This document shows positions 1 to 14,000 of a stretch of DNA of 64,000 nt, in pieces. Each line of letters begins with the position of its first letter. Position 1 is the first letter of the stretch. The stretch is from the NCBI GenBank assembly GCA_964016885.1, contig OZ024742.1, positions 69,254,001 through 69,318,000 of the forward strand, given 5' to 3'. The notes beneath the pieces are model-generated. The model worked only from the letters and a program-made list of their open reading frames with translations, did not search any database and was not told the DNA's origin. This DNA comes from Eledone cirrhosa. Its lineage: Eukaryota. Made by a program: the position numbers and the translations under genes.

Positions 1-652
1 CGGAAAGTTATGCTTTAAAGGGCAAATGGGAATGTAAATCTCCGGCCGAATTAAGAGTAAAATATAAAACACACGCGGGTTAATTAGTTATTTCAAAACT
101 AATATCAATTCCTCGTGTAAAGAACTCAATTAATTAAAAAAAATAAATGTATGCATGTAATTATATACATAGGCATATATATATTTTCTTAGGCTAAAAA
201 ACAGAGAAGTTACAACCAATAAAAACCACAATATCGCACAACAGTAATAAATACGGAAAGTCAAATTTATAAGGTACCTGGAAATAAACACCTCTGGCCA
301 ATCAAGAGTAAAATATTAATACAATAACAGAGATAGTTTAAAGCTAATCTCTGACTGGTAACCATCTCACTCAACAAACATTAGGTTATATTTTAATATA
401 AACCCAATTTAAGTGTTTGGAGTGCTAACAATATGTATTATGTGGAAAAGTCAGTTGTATTATTTTATGAGATATAATTAAAGTTAAAATATATCTCTCT
501 TTCCAAACAATTGTTTCATCATAAGTTTTCTACAAATTCAGAGAATGTTTCCAGTTTATGTAGAAGCCTAATATACATTCATGTAAGAATATATTTAGGT
601 GGGCGCTTATAAATCATCAATGGAAGCCCATTAAACTTTGATATATATATAT

Positions 653-1304
653 ATAATAAAGTATGAATTCCTACGTGTAAAAAATACATATAGGGAAACA
701 AGTATTATCCCACCGTATTCCAATGTGGTTCTATGGCGGGTTAATAAATTAACAAGCCAGAACATATAAAATCAAGGTCTAGCAAATAGAGAAAAAGTTT
801 TTAAATAAATTTAAAAAAAATTCGCTGTACTTACTATATGTGCCTTTACCGCGGTTTCATGCTCCAGAATAAACGGAGAATCCAAGCGGATTTCCATTGA
901 GAAGGGAGCAATCTTCAGAAGGCTCTTCTCCCTCGGAGAATATAAAATTACCGAGTTCAAATCACAAACTGACGCCATACAAAACCATTCCTAAATGAGA
1001 GCGGATGATGAAAGAAATAATTCTGTCTGGTGCCGGGTGCAAAGACAAAAGGCAGGGTGGACAGGTCAATGTCCTGCCACTAGAAATAGCAGCAGTCCAA
1101 ACGGCCAAAATTTTATCTCTACCTTAAGGTGAGATCAATAATAATAAAGTATGAATTCCTACGTGTAAAAAATACATATAGGGAAACAAGCTTGGAATTT
1201 CCGTTTATTCTGGAGCATGAAACCGCGGTAAAGGCACATATAGCAAGTACAGCGAATATTTTAAAAATTTATTTTAAAACTTTTTCTCTATTTGCTAGAC
1301 CTTG

Positions 1305-1310
<6 letters not shown>
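653..1310. mobile_element. Non-coding HHR-bearing element with inverted (about 770-890 vs 1190-1310) and direct (about 653-711 vs 1140-1190) repeats, PLE pLTR-like
   Basis: The repeats are visible directly; the element is bounded by (TA)n and contains the HHR at 842-923. Confidence 0.6.
842..923 (-). ncRNA. Type I hammerhead ribozyme motif with long stem II insert
   Basis: Minus strand reads GCCUU CUGAAGA U UGCUCC...GGAGCA U GAAA CCGCGG UA AAGGC: stem I GCCUU/AAGGC, stem II UGCUCC/GGAGCA, palindromic stem III ACCGCGGU, GUA cleavage triplet. Confidence 0.8.
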
Positions 1311-1368
<58 letters not shown>

Positions 1369-1372
<4 letters not shown>

Positions 1373-2272
1373 CAATGTTACAATATTTTTTACTGTAACT
1401 ATCCTTTTATATAGTGTTTTCAATAGAATATAATACTTATATATATACATATGAATCACTACCTCCCTATGGACAACTGACGCTGCACACCGGGTTCAAA
1501 CACAGAAGAGCCAAACTCCCACTGTCATCGCCTCCATCTCTCTCATCCTCCCCATCTCCCTGTATTATGAGCAAATGGGGTCCCATATGCTGGCCGCCTC
1601 ATGGCCCCGGTGGACAGAATGGAGAAAGCGTTTCTCCGGAGGGTGGTAAGGGAGATGCGCTGGAAGAGCCATTCCAATTCACGAGGCTCACACCTGCGGC
1701 TAGGCAGCTCAACGCCTTTGGTGGTAAGTAGGGAGGTAGCCCTAGGGCCAAGGACACCAAAACTCTCCACTGCTAGGGCCTCGACCGCAAAACTGTCAGA
1801 GAGCAAACCACAATTGGAGAGTCTACCCGCCTCAGCCCGAAGTGCAGCAGAATATGGGTTAGTCGCAGACTGCACCAGGTTGCGGCTGGAGAATATGTCG
1901 CTACAAGTGGTATCCTAGACGAGGGGTTTTCCACCGCGGAAAGGGAAGATTGTCATACCGTCTGGCCTTTTGTCGTCGCCTCGGTTCAGCCCCACCGGCT
2001 CGAGCTGGGAGGGGAAGCCTGCAGCATTCAAGCCATACTTTATGACCTCCTTGAGGGCAGCATGGCGTGGAAACCACGATGCACAGGCTATCTTTATCCA
2101 GAAAGATGCAAGGCGGTGCTGGTCGAACTGGTGCACTAGCCTGTCTGAGGCCAGGTTGCATTGGATGGCATCCCAAATATTCTGGGGGAACTAGACGTCA
2201 GCAGGGGGAGAAAGAGGACAGACGTTTACTGGACTAAGTCCAAGCCGGTTCCATATCTCGCAGGTGTTCTCA
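1369..2272 (-). mobile_element. 3' fragment of a CRE-like (restriction-like endonuclease) non-LTR retrotransposon, decayed
   Basis: Translation gives RHAALKEVI...[34 protein letters not shown]...AVESFGVLG...LFQRISLTTLRRNA, matching the RLE domain pattern of CRE-clade elements; in-frame stop; 3' end abuts (TA)n. Confidence 0.7.
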
Positions 2273-2920
2273 GTTAATAAATTCAGCATGAGTAAATAAG
2301 CCTTTCAAAAACTTTGGTTCTGTGGGAAAATTCCTTTTACTCCATTGTATTTAGATAAATTTTCCCACATATTTCAGGTTTTTTTTAAAGGTTTGTCTAC
2401 TCAAGACAAAAATAAATTTGTTTTTTATCGTTCATCTTGAAATATATATGAAACTTATATATGAAGCTTATACATGAAAAGGCTGGGAATCACTATTTTG
2501 GGTTGTTTGTATGTAGTAGCAACATTGTCATTTATACATATATATGTAAATAAACACTAAACTTAAGCCAGAGGTTCGACTAAAATAAATCAATTTTACT
2601 CTTAGAGTTAGTTCCTCAACCATGGTTAACGGCAATCAAACCATGATCATCTCAACATGACCAATCGAGCTTATTTGTTTATCAGAGACAGTACATGTAG
2701 GAAAACATTATCAATGTATGATCAATAATGGTGGATGATGCGATTTGAGAAGGATTTAGCTGCCATTTCTAGCTGGTTGAGCAGCAGTGTTTTCTAATGT
2801 AGCTTGTACTTTTGATCTGTAGAGCGTCAGCAACTGAATAGAGATTAAATTTTAGTTATTTTCAGGAATGTATTCAGCTGAAAATATACTCTAATATTCC
2901 ATTCGCTTTCTCTCTCTCTA

Positions 2921-2997
<77 letters not shown>

Positions 2998-4249
2998 AGC
3001 TCTGTCTTTCTCTCATACACACACACACACTCATACACGCACGCACACCTGTGTGTAACTTTTCCCTGTCATCAAAAGATGAACAAATACCTGTTTTTAC
3101 AACTCAACTCGTCTGTCACCCGCTTATCCAATCATCTCTCTCTCTCTTTACACAGTCTCCCACACATACATACATACATACATACATACATACATACATA
3201 CATACATACATACATACATACATTTATACATACATACATACATACATACATACATACATACATACATACATACATACACAGGGGAAATATATAAATATAT
3301 ATATTTATATGGGAGAGGAGGTCCCCACGTCTACTCCATACATCATACATCACTATCACCATCAATAATACCAACGGCAGCAGTGATAGGTATAATAACA
3401 AGGAGAATACCACTTCTATCACCAACAAAAATCAACAATAACACCATCAATAATTCAATTTTGTCACGACTTAATTGGGAAGCAATACAACCAAAACAAA
3501 AACCTTTTGCGCGTGAAAGAGGCAGCCCCGACATAGCCACTAGATCACCACCAATATCGCAATCTCAACCATAGCTAAAAACGCCTCCATCGACAGAAAG
3601 AAAACTATAAAACCCACCACGAGGTCAACGTGAGAGTCTCGACGCAGTCGCTTGACTGGCTTGGAATAGCAAGCAAAACTCCTTTAAATTCCGCACCTTA
3701 TGACAGATCAGACAGTTTAGTCTTAGATTATCGTAAGAAAATAGGATGGTCAAGGCTGGAATACCTTTGTTTAAAGGTCTGCTCGATCAAAGCTTCCCTG
3801 TGGTTTAACAGCAAAAGAAATATTAGCTAAACAAATAATAAGCGAAGGAAGAAACAAATATTTATATGACTCACGTAAAGGCATAAAAGACTCTTGGTGC
3901 GGGAGAAAACCAAGATAGTAAAATTGACTAACTCCTGTTGAAGTACCAGGTAAGTTTTCTCTATATTTCATTACATTTATATACAATGGCAAACACACGC
4001 ACACACAGACATACATACATACACGCATACATATACACACACACACATACATATATAAATACATACACACATACACACACACACATATATATAAATGGAT
4101 GCAGTAAAAACCTGTTAAGCCATTACTCACCAGAGTACTCGATATTTGGGGTAGTAGAGTGTGATAAATAATATAAAGAACTCGGGATCCCGATGGCTGA
4201 GCGCTTACCGTTTCAAAAGCAAGAGCTCATCCGTTGGGTCCCTCAGCTC

Positions 4250-4296
<47 letters not shown>

Positions 4297-4565
4297 AAAA
4301 GAGAAAACACAGGTAAGCATTAAAAAAAGGATTTTATCAAGGTATTAACCACGAACTGGATTACAATAAGCAATTTTCTGCTTCCCTAACTATATATATA
4401 TTTAACGAAGGGTATTAAATGAAAGTTTAGAATGTTTATATGGTAATATGTATAGAATAGATATGTTGGTTATTTAGTTGTTATGATAACAATGTTGTTA
4501 GAAGAGATAACATGAATAATATAAAGAATATTAAGAATATAAGATTTGATGTATATAGTTTACTT

Positions 4566-5141
<576 letters not shown>

Positions 5142-5574
5142 AGTGTATATATATATATATATGTGAGAGAGAGAGGGTGCGCGTGTGTGTATATAGGTCT
5201 ATATACACACACATACATACCCATATAATGTAGGTTCTGATACCGAAGAGAAAACTTGTCTAAAATCAAATAGCTAGTTATGTTTAGATTTGCAAACGAA
5301 AGAAAAGAAAAACCAATACACGTGGCAGTGTGTACGCGCATACCTATCTTTCTATCTATCTATATCTCTGGATGGCATAGACGTTCTTCACATCGGCTCC
5401 TCGAGTATTGGAGATATTACGTGTTAACACTAAGTGTTTGTCTGTATTATTGCGTTATTGTGTTAATTAAACCCCTTGCCTGGGTCTTCGGACATTAGGG
5501 TTAATTTATTTCACTCCTTTTGGGGTGAAATTTTTCATCCTAAAAATCTTGTAATTGTCTCTCCGCTAGTGGTA

Positions 5575-7347
5575 ATGGAAGCCATTACCACAGGTAACGA
5601 TGACACGCCCACTACACAAACTGAAGGAGAGCGGGTAGCGGAGGCAACAAGCCTCCCTACTGAAAGAATAATGATTATTAGAAACATTGAAAAAAATGGA
5701 GCCTAACCCTAATGAAAAAAATGTGAAAAACATTGACTCGGAGAAATTGCCAAAATTAATGGATGCCGTTTCGACTTTTCACGGTGCCACGCCCACCAGC
5801 AAAGCTGAAAGAGAACTAGTAGCTGTGACTACAAGTCTCTCGGATACTGAAAATATAAGTGAACACTTTGAAAAAATGGAGTCTAACCCCAGCGGGGAAA
5901 AAAATGTGAACGCATACACCAACATAAATAACACAAACAACGAAAAATGAAAATTGTAACAACAAAAAACAAGAAAACCACATTTCGAGAAATATAAACA
6001 GAGAAGGGGCGAACAAAATGACGTTCGCTGTATGAACCTATTGACATTTCGAACATGGCCCAGCAAATAGAAAATGCACGGAAGTATATAACTTTGGAGG
6101 AGAATGGTCTATTTTCTTTAAATTCTCTCCCAGAGCTAAAAAAGGTAAATAGCTTAAAAACTATTATTTATAGGACAATATCAAAAAACCCGTAAGCCAG
6201 TACAACTCACACAGACAGAGATTGAGCTGGCTTTAAAAGATCATCTGAAAAACTTTGTATTCATTCGGAAGGATAGACTCTACGGTAGTCTATCCATCCG
6301 AATGAAAGATAAATTGACGGCCGAAAAACATTCCCTGGCCCCAATTGTGTCCCCCTTATCTACCTTCTTCCCCACTTATTTAGGAAGAAAAACACAAAGA
6401 TTGACCATACACAGTATCGATCCAGGTATTGATTTCTGGGCGGTACTGTGTGGCCTCCTCGACTTGAAAGAGGACAAATGCAGCCAGAACGAATTGCTAG
6501 GATAACCGACCGCATATTGCTGGATGGGCTTGCCTACTTACACATCACAGTGGAGGGTAGACGACCCGCTTGTTACCTCTGTGGTGGCAGAGGTCACCTG
6601 AGGGCTGCCTGTTCCCAAGCAAACAAAGAAACACAGATTTTGCCCACACCAACAACTACAACACTACCAACACAACCTCCACCACAAAAACAATAACACC
6701 ACAAGTTAAAACACAACTGAAAACAACCCCACCCATCCCCCCACACATAAAACAAATACAATAACACCCACACAACAAACACGAGCCGAAAATGAACCCC
6801 TCCCCTCGAATACGGAAGACGACCCCCTTTCGTCGTCAGACGAGGGGGGCGGGACACTTTCATAAAGTTAAAAGAAAAAAAGAAAACACACCACAGGAAC
6901 ACAAATACAACCAACCCCTCCCCAAGACATAACACAGACATCAACACACAAAACACACACAACAACAGCAAACAAAAAACATCACACAGAAAGAAAAATA
7001 TGCATATACTTACATAAATACAATAAACAAAAAACTGTTAAACGTTATTTATAATAACAACTTAATAAAAACCGAAGGTTCGAATTTCGCAGAAGCAACG
7101 GGGCTTTCCCATCTAAAAATGATAAAAGCCCCAATGGACATTTACAAAACGTTAAGACACTTTTAAAGAGGTCGTGGGGCCCCCTGCGTCAGACCCATTA
7201 ACCGTGTCCTCCTAACCCCCCCCCCCCCCAGAACCCACACAACACACTGATGCCCCTACACTTCCACAAACCACCACCCCACCCAACAACCCATCCCCCA
7301 CCCCCATTGAAATTGTGCAGCCCGGTCCCCGGGACGCAGAGAGGTAA
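5575..7347 (+). pseudogene. Tx1-like ORF1 (gag-like), fragmented
   Basis: CYLCGGRGHLRAAC (CX2CX4HX4C) at about 6570-6611 followed by a Thr/Pro-rich low-complexity tail; multiple stops and frameshifts; ends ...RDAER* just before ORF2. Confidence 0.65.
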
Positions 7348-7371
7348 GTGCCTTTTCTCTTTACCACCAAC

Positions 7372-10300
7372 ATGGCTGTGTTGAGAATAGGTTGTCTAAA
7401 TACGCGTGGCCTGGGCTCACCTTGGAAGCAAGCAATGCTTCTAAATGACCTCAGGTCACGATGTATAAATGTGATGGTTATTTGCGAGGCCCGGATCAGC
7501 AGCGTGCGTCAGCTGGCCCCCACCTTTGATGACTTTGAGATGCACGCATCTCTCTGTCAGCCCGGAGGTGGGGGTGGGGTTGTCGTTCTGCTGCAAAAAC
7601 ATCTGGGTCTCGCTACACAGACGGTACACTTGGACCCGGAGGGTCAACTAGTGGTTCTGGACATTGGCAGTGGTAAAGGCGGAGCTTTTAGGCTGGTCGC
7701 CGTCTACGGCCCTTTTGGGTCAACGCGGCCGGACTTCTTCCATCGTCTGGAGACTTTTCTAGGGACGTCCCGCTCCTTGCTTTTAGTGGGGGACTGGAAT
7801 GGTATCCTAGATGCACGTTGGGACTATGTAGGGGCATGTCCTGATAGAGGGGGTTGTAACAGCCTCAAGGGGTTAATCGGCCGATTCGACCTGGTCGATA
7901 GATATCAACTAGATTTTCCGACTGTGCCAACCTGGACTTGGAGAAACCATAGCGGTCAATCTAGATCGTACCTAGATAGGTTCTTCGTTAGAATTAAGCA
8001 TAGGGACTTTTTAAGTTGTCCAAAAATGCTCATGGTTGGCTATTCAGACCACAAGTTAGTGACCTCCATGGTCAACCTTGATAGAACGCATAGACAGGGA
8101 CCCGGTTACTGGAAGCTCAACTTGTCCTTACCGGCAAGTAAAGCTTACAGGAACCGGATTAGTACATTAGTTAAGGAGCGGTTGACGGGCGCCATCGTCA
8201 ACAGCAGGTGGTGGGGTTCTCTCAAAAGAGAGATTAGAGTAGCTTCAATAGGAGTTAGTAAGGAGTTAGCCTCAGATAGAAATAGGAAGGAAAGGGAGTT
8301 GGTAGATAGTGTAGAAGAGGCAATTAGAAGCGGCGACGTGGCCAGAGTGCTAGCGTCGAGAACGGCCTTGGGCCAGTTCTTCGACGCGAAACGCGCAGGC
8401 TGCGTTGTCCGAAACAAAATACGTGTTTTTTTTTAAACGAGGGGACCAAAGCTGTTAGCTGGGCCCGCGTGACAGAAGCCAAAAGTGGGACTAAATCCAC
8501 TATCCGGTCTTTGCGAGACCAGGATGGACGGGTGATCCTTGAATTTAAGCAGATGTGAGAGGCCTTCCAAAGGCACTTTGCCCGATTGCTCGGAAGGGAC
8601 GAGGGGCCGGATGGGGATGTCGACCTCGTTCCATACCTCGACGGCCTGCCGCGTCTTTCGGACGAGCAGGCGAAGTCCTGCGAGAGGTCGATCTCAGATG
8701 CTGAAATAGGGGATGTGCTGAGCCAATGCGGCAGACGCAAATCTCCGAGCCTCGATGGTTTTCCATATAGCTGTATTTAAGTATGCCGGACTTGTTCTTC
8801 GATCGCCTCGAAGCGGTCTACTGCAACTGGCAACAGGACGGGAGAATTTCCTGTTCTGTGACCAAGGGCGTAGTCTCGCTATTGAGGAAGGGCGAGAACA
8901 AGGGGGATGAAATAAGTAATTTTAGGCCCATAACACTGCTAAATGTAGAGTTAAAGATTTTCGCCAAGGCGTCAGCAAAGAGGTTGGCGCTTGTCGTGGG
9001 CACCCTGGTGGGATATGCGCAGACATGCGCCATCCCGTCCAGGTCCATTCACGACAACCTCCATCTCATGCGATACATCATAGAGAGGGTTGGGAACGAA
9101 CCCGGCTTTGGTGGGGCCCTGATCAACTTGGATCAATCTAAGGCATTCGATAGGGTCGACCATCGTTACCTCGATGCAGTGCTAGTGGCGGCAGGTTTCG
9201 GACACGTTTTCAGGGGCTGGATGACTGCCATACACAGCAGCCACATCTGCTCTAGGGTCAAGGTGAACGGCTACCTCTCGGAGCCGTTCGAAATCACGCG
9301 GTCCATCCGACAGGGATGCCCTCTCTCCTCCCTTCTGTATGTATTGGCCCTAGAGCCACTGTTGCGGAAGTTGGAGTTGTTACAGGTCATCCCTTTGGAA
9401 CCGGGATTGCGGAAAGCAGTGTCGGCCTACGCCGATGACGTGACAGTAATGGTGTCAACCGCCTCGGAAATCGGAGTGATCGGCACCTTACTGGAGGAAT
9501 ACGAAACGTTTACAGGGGCTAGCTGAACCGCGACAAGTCAGTCGGTTTGCAACTGGGCGAGTGGAGGAGCAAACCGATGGCCTCCAACGGCGTCGTCGGA
9601 CGTTGGACGGAGGGCCCGGTTAAGTTGCTCGGGGTCTGGTTCGGGCCAGACCTCCAGGTGGAGAAGAACTGGGGTGAGGTATCGAACAGGGTGTTTGCGC
9701 TGATGCGGAAGTGGGCTGAGTGCAAACTATCCCTGAAAGTTCGGGCGGAGGTGGCGAACGCTTATATAGCGTCCGTCATCTATTACCGTCTGACCGTCGT
9801 GCCTTGCCCAAAGGAAATGCTCACCAAAATGGAGCGCACAATTCCTTTGGAAGAAGCGGGCTCCTTTGGTGAGGAGATCCATCTGCTGTCAACACCCTTC
9901 GAAAGGAGGGCTGGGGATGCCGTGGCTCTGATGCGTAAACACGCATTAAGGCTACGGCACCTCCAGGTATTCCTTACCGGTCAACCGGTGTGGGCCCCGT
10001 TTGTGAGGCGAGCCTTTCCCAGACCCGTCTCACTCACCGAGCTGCAATCCTGGGTCAAGCAAAGACCGAGAAAACTGGGCGCCTGGCACACCGAGTGTGC
10101 CCAGGCGCTCACGGTTCTCTGGCAGGCGGACCCGGCTATCGGTGGAGACTCCACCTCGTCATTCTATAGAGGGCTGGTGGTTAGTAGGTGCGACGACGCC
10201 CTCTGACAAGCCCTAGGCATGGAGGAAGACGAACTGGCCAGCCTATTCGGGAGGACATTTGGCCCGGGACCTATGGACAACTTCCAGAAGTCCCTGGCCT

Positions 10301-10799
10301 GGCAGTGCTACCGAGGGGCGCTGCCCGTTCGAGAAAAGCTCTACAGACACGGGCGCCCGGGTAGGGACCCCTCGAAAAAAATCTGTCCCAGATGCGTGCG
10401 CGACGAGGAAACCGTTGCGCACGCATTGGTACACTGCTCGGGCGTTGCCGATCTGTGGGGCTATGTCGAACGACTGCTGTCACGGGTTGGACCTATCCGG
10501 TTGGCCACTGCGTCCATTGTAACGATCAAGCCGCCTCCCCCTTCAAAAATGAAGGAGAGGCGGTCTTCCTCTGTGTAATAGCCATGGTGAAAGAGGTGGT
10601 ATGGTGGACACGTTTGAAAGGGCTGAGGTCGGACACCTTTCTCTCCGGCCAACAACTGGTCCTTTTCTTTAAATACCATTTTAAGAGAAGGATCAGAATG
10701 GAGAGGGAGGTGCTCCACCTCAGCAAGTTTTATGAAAGGTGGGTGAAAGTAGCGAGAATGGCCCGTGTGAATGGGCCTTCTCTCTTTATCAGCCTGTAG
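7372..10799 (+). pseudogene. Tx1-like ORF2 (APE endonuclease + reverse transcriptase + Cys-rich C-terminus), frameshifted
   Basis: Motifs LNTRGL, GDWN, SYLDRF, SDHK, GYWKLN, FRPITLLN, LDQSKAFDRVDH, IRQGCPLS, AYADD, CPRC...ETVAHALVHC, spread over ORFs 7348, 8586, 8783, 9547, 10219 and 10392. Confidence 0.92.
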
Positions 10800-11068
10800 G
10801 TGGAAAGGTGGAAGTGCAAAGGAGCGCCCCCTCTCTGTGCTCCTAAAGAAAAGGGTTGCACACTTTTTCGGGGGTGTGTGTAATCCCCAAAACGCCTCCT
10901 CCCTATTGAGGACTGTATTGTTAATTTTATATCTGTTATTTGTTTTTTACTCGTCCTTTATGTAAACTCCCCCCTTGTATTGGTCCCCTTCTTTTGTGCC
11001 CTCGTGGCAAATAGATAGATTGATAAGTTTCTATTTATCTATCTATCTATTTATCTATCTATCTATCT

Positions 11069-14000
11069 TAAAGAGGACGTGGGTCCCCCCTGCGTCGGGC
11101 CCATTAACCGCGTCCTCCTAAAAAACTATCCCACCCCCTCCCAAAACACCCACACAACTCCAAGCTCCCCAACCACACAACACACTGATGCCCCTACACT
11201 TCCACAAACCACCACCCCACCCAACAACCCATCCCCCACCCTAATGGAAAATGTGCAGCCCGATACCCGGGACGCAGAGAGGTAAGTGCCTTTTCTCTTC
11301 ACCACCAACAAGGCTATGCTAAGAGTAGGCTGTTTAAATGCGCGTGGCCTGGGCTCAACTTGGAAGCAAGCAATGCTTCTAAATGACCTCAGGTCACAAC
11401 GTATAGATGTGATGGTTATTTGCGAGGCCCGGATCAGCAACGTGCGACAGCTGGCCCCCACCTTTGATGACTTTGAGATGCACGCATCTCTCTGTCAGCC
11501 CGGAGTGGGGGTGGAGTTGTCGTTCTGCTGCAAAAACATCTGGGTCTCGCAACACAGATGGTACATTTGGACCCGGAGGGTCGACTAGTGGTTCTGGACC
11601 TTGGCAGTGGTAAAGGCGGAGCGTTTAGGTTGGTAGCCGCCTACGGCCCTTTCGGGTCAATGCGGCCGGACTTCTTCCATCGTCTGGAGACTTTTCTAGG
11701 GACGTCCCGCTCCTTGCTATCAGTGGGGGACTGGAATGGTATCCTAGATGCACGCTGGGACTACGTAGCGGCCTGTCCCGATAGAGAGGGGTGTAATAGC
11801 CTCAAAGGGTTAATCGGTCGATTTGACCTGACCGATAGATATCGACTAGATTTTCCGACTGCGCCAACCTGGACTTGGGCAAATCGTAGCGGATCATCTA
11901 GGTCGTTACTAGATAGGTTCTTAGTTAGAATTAAGGATTAGGACTTTTTAAGTTGTTCAAAAATGCGCATGGTTGGCTATTCAGACCACAAGTTAGTGAC
12001 CTGCATGATCAACCTTGACAGAACTCATAGACAGGGACCCGGTTACTGGAAGCTCAACTTGTCCTTACCGGCAAGTAAGGCTTACAGGGACCGGATTAGC
12101 ACTTTAGTTAAGGAGCGGTTGACGGGCGCCATCGTCAACAGCAGGTGGTGGGGATCTCTCAAAAGAGAGATTAGAGTAGTCTCTATAGAATTTAGTAAGG
12201 AGTTAGCCTCCAATAGAAATAGGAAGGAAAGGGAGTTGGTAGATAGTGTAGAAGAGGCAATTAGAAGCGGCGACGTGGCCAGAGTACTAGCGTCGAGAAC
12301 GGCCCTGGGCCAATTCTTCGACGCGAAACACGAAGGCTGCATCGTCCGAAGCAAAATACGTGCTCTGGGAAACGAGGGGACCAAAGCTGTTAGCTGGGCC
12401 CGCGTGACAGAAGCCAAAAGAGGGAGCAGATCCACTATCCGGTCTTTGCGAGACCAGGATGGACGGGTGATCCTTGAACCTAAGCAGATGTGCGAGGCCT
12501 TTCAAAGGCACTTTGCCCGACTGTTCGGAAGGGGCGGGGGGCCGGTTGGGGACGTGGACTTCGGTTCATACCTCGACGGCCTGCCGGGTCTCTCGGACAG
12601 GGAGGCGAAGTCCTGCGAGGAGCCGATTTCAGCCGCTGAGATAGAGGACGTGCTGAGCCAATGCGGAAAACGCAAATCCCCGGGTCTCGATGGTCTTCCA
12701 TACGAACTATATCTAGCTATGCCGGACTTGTTCCCCGATCTCCTCGAGGCGGTCTACTGCAACTGGCAACAGAACGGGAGAATTCCCTGTGCTGTGACCA
12801 AGGGCGTAGTCACGCTAGTGAGGAAGGACGAGAACAAGGGGGACGATATAAATAATTTCAGGCCCATAACTCTGCTAAATACAGAGTTACAGATTTTGGC
12901 CAAGGTGCTAGCAAAGAGGTTGGCGCTTGTCGTGGGCAACCTGGTGGGAGATGCCCAGACATGTGCTATCCCGTCCAGGTCCATCCACGATAACCGCCAC
13001 CTCATGCGATACATTATAGAGAGGGTTGGGAACGAACCCGGCTTTGATGGGACCCTGATCAACTTGGATCAATCTAAGGCATTCGATAGGGTCGACCATG
13101 GTTACCTGGATGCGGTGCTAGCGGCGACAGGCTTCGGACCCGTTTTCAGGGGCTGGATCAATGCCATGCACAGCAGCCGCATCTGCTCTAGGGTCAAGGT
13201 GACCGGCTACCTCTCGGAGCCGTTCGAAATCACGCGGTCCATCCGACAGGGGTGCCCTCTCTCCTCCCTTCTGTATGTAATGACTCTAGAGCCACTGCTG
13301 CGGAAGCTGGAGTTGTTGCAGGGCATCCCGTTGGAACCGGGATTGCGGAAAGCGGTGTCAGCCTACGCCGATGACGTAACAGTAATGGTGTCGACGGCCT
13401 CGGAAATCGGGGCGATCGGCACCTTACTGGAGGAGTACGAAAGGTTTACAGGGGCTAAGCTGAACCGGGACAAGTCGATCGGTCTGCAACTCGGCACGTG
13501 GAGGGGCAGATCGATGCCCTCCGATGGCGTGGTCGGGCGCTGGACGGAGGGCCCGGTGAAGTTGCTCGGGGTCTGGTTCGGACCAGACCTCCAGGTGGAG
13601 AAGAACTGGGGTGAGGTGACGAACAGGGTGTTTGCACTGACCCAGAAGTGGGCCGAGTGCAAACTGTCCCTGAAAGGTCGAGCGGAGGTGGCGAACACTT
13701 ATATAGCGTCCGTCATCTACTACCGCCTGACCGTTGTGCCTTGCCCAAGGGAAACGCTCGCTAAAATGGAGCGCGCACTCTTTAAATTCCTTTGGAAGAA
13801 GCAGGCTCCTATGGTGAGGAGATCCATCTGCTGTCAACACCCTTCGAAAGGAGGGCTGGGGATGCCGTGGCTAATGATACGTAAACACGCATTAAGGCTA
13901 CGGCACCTTCAGGTATTCCTCTCCGGTCAACCGGTGTGGGCCCCGTTTGTGAGGCGAGCCTTTCCCAGAACCGTCTCACTCACCGAGCTGCAATCCTGGG

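Larger units (their letters stand above)
5370..11030 (+). mobile_element. Near full-length Tx1/L1-clade non-LTR retrotransposon, copy 1 (decayed)
   Basis: ORF1 remnants with a zinc knuckle; ORF2 with APE endonuclease, RT and C-terminal Cys/His motif; AT-rich 3' UTR; flanked by (TATC)n on both sides. Confidence 0.9.

Noticed and set aside
4190-4250. Hammerhead-like remnants here and at about 15240-15295, 45985-46060, 49240-49260 and 61037-61066
   Set aside because: Only half motifs or mutated cores (missing CUGANGA, or GACA for GAAA); probably decayed or truncated, so not called.
7338-7350. AG|GTAAGT splice donor before Tx1 ORF2 in both copies
   Set aside because: Overlaps the ORF1 stop codon; no acceptor or transcript evidence.
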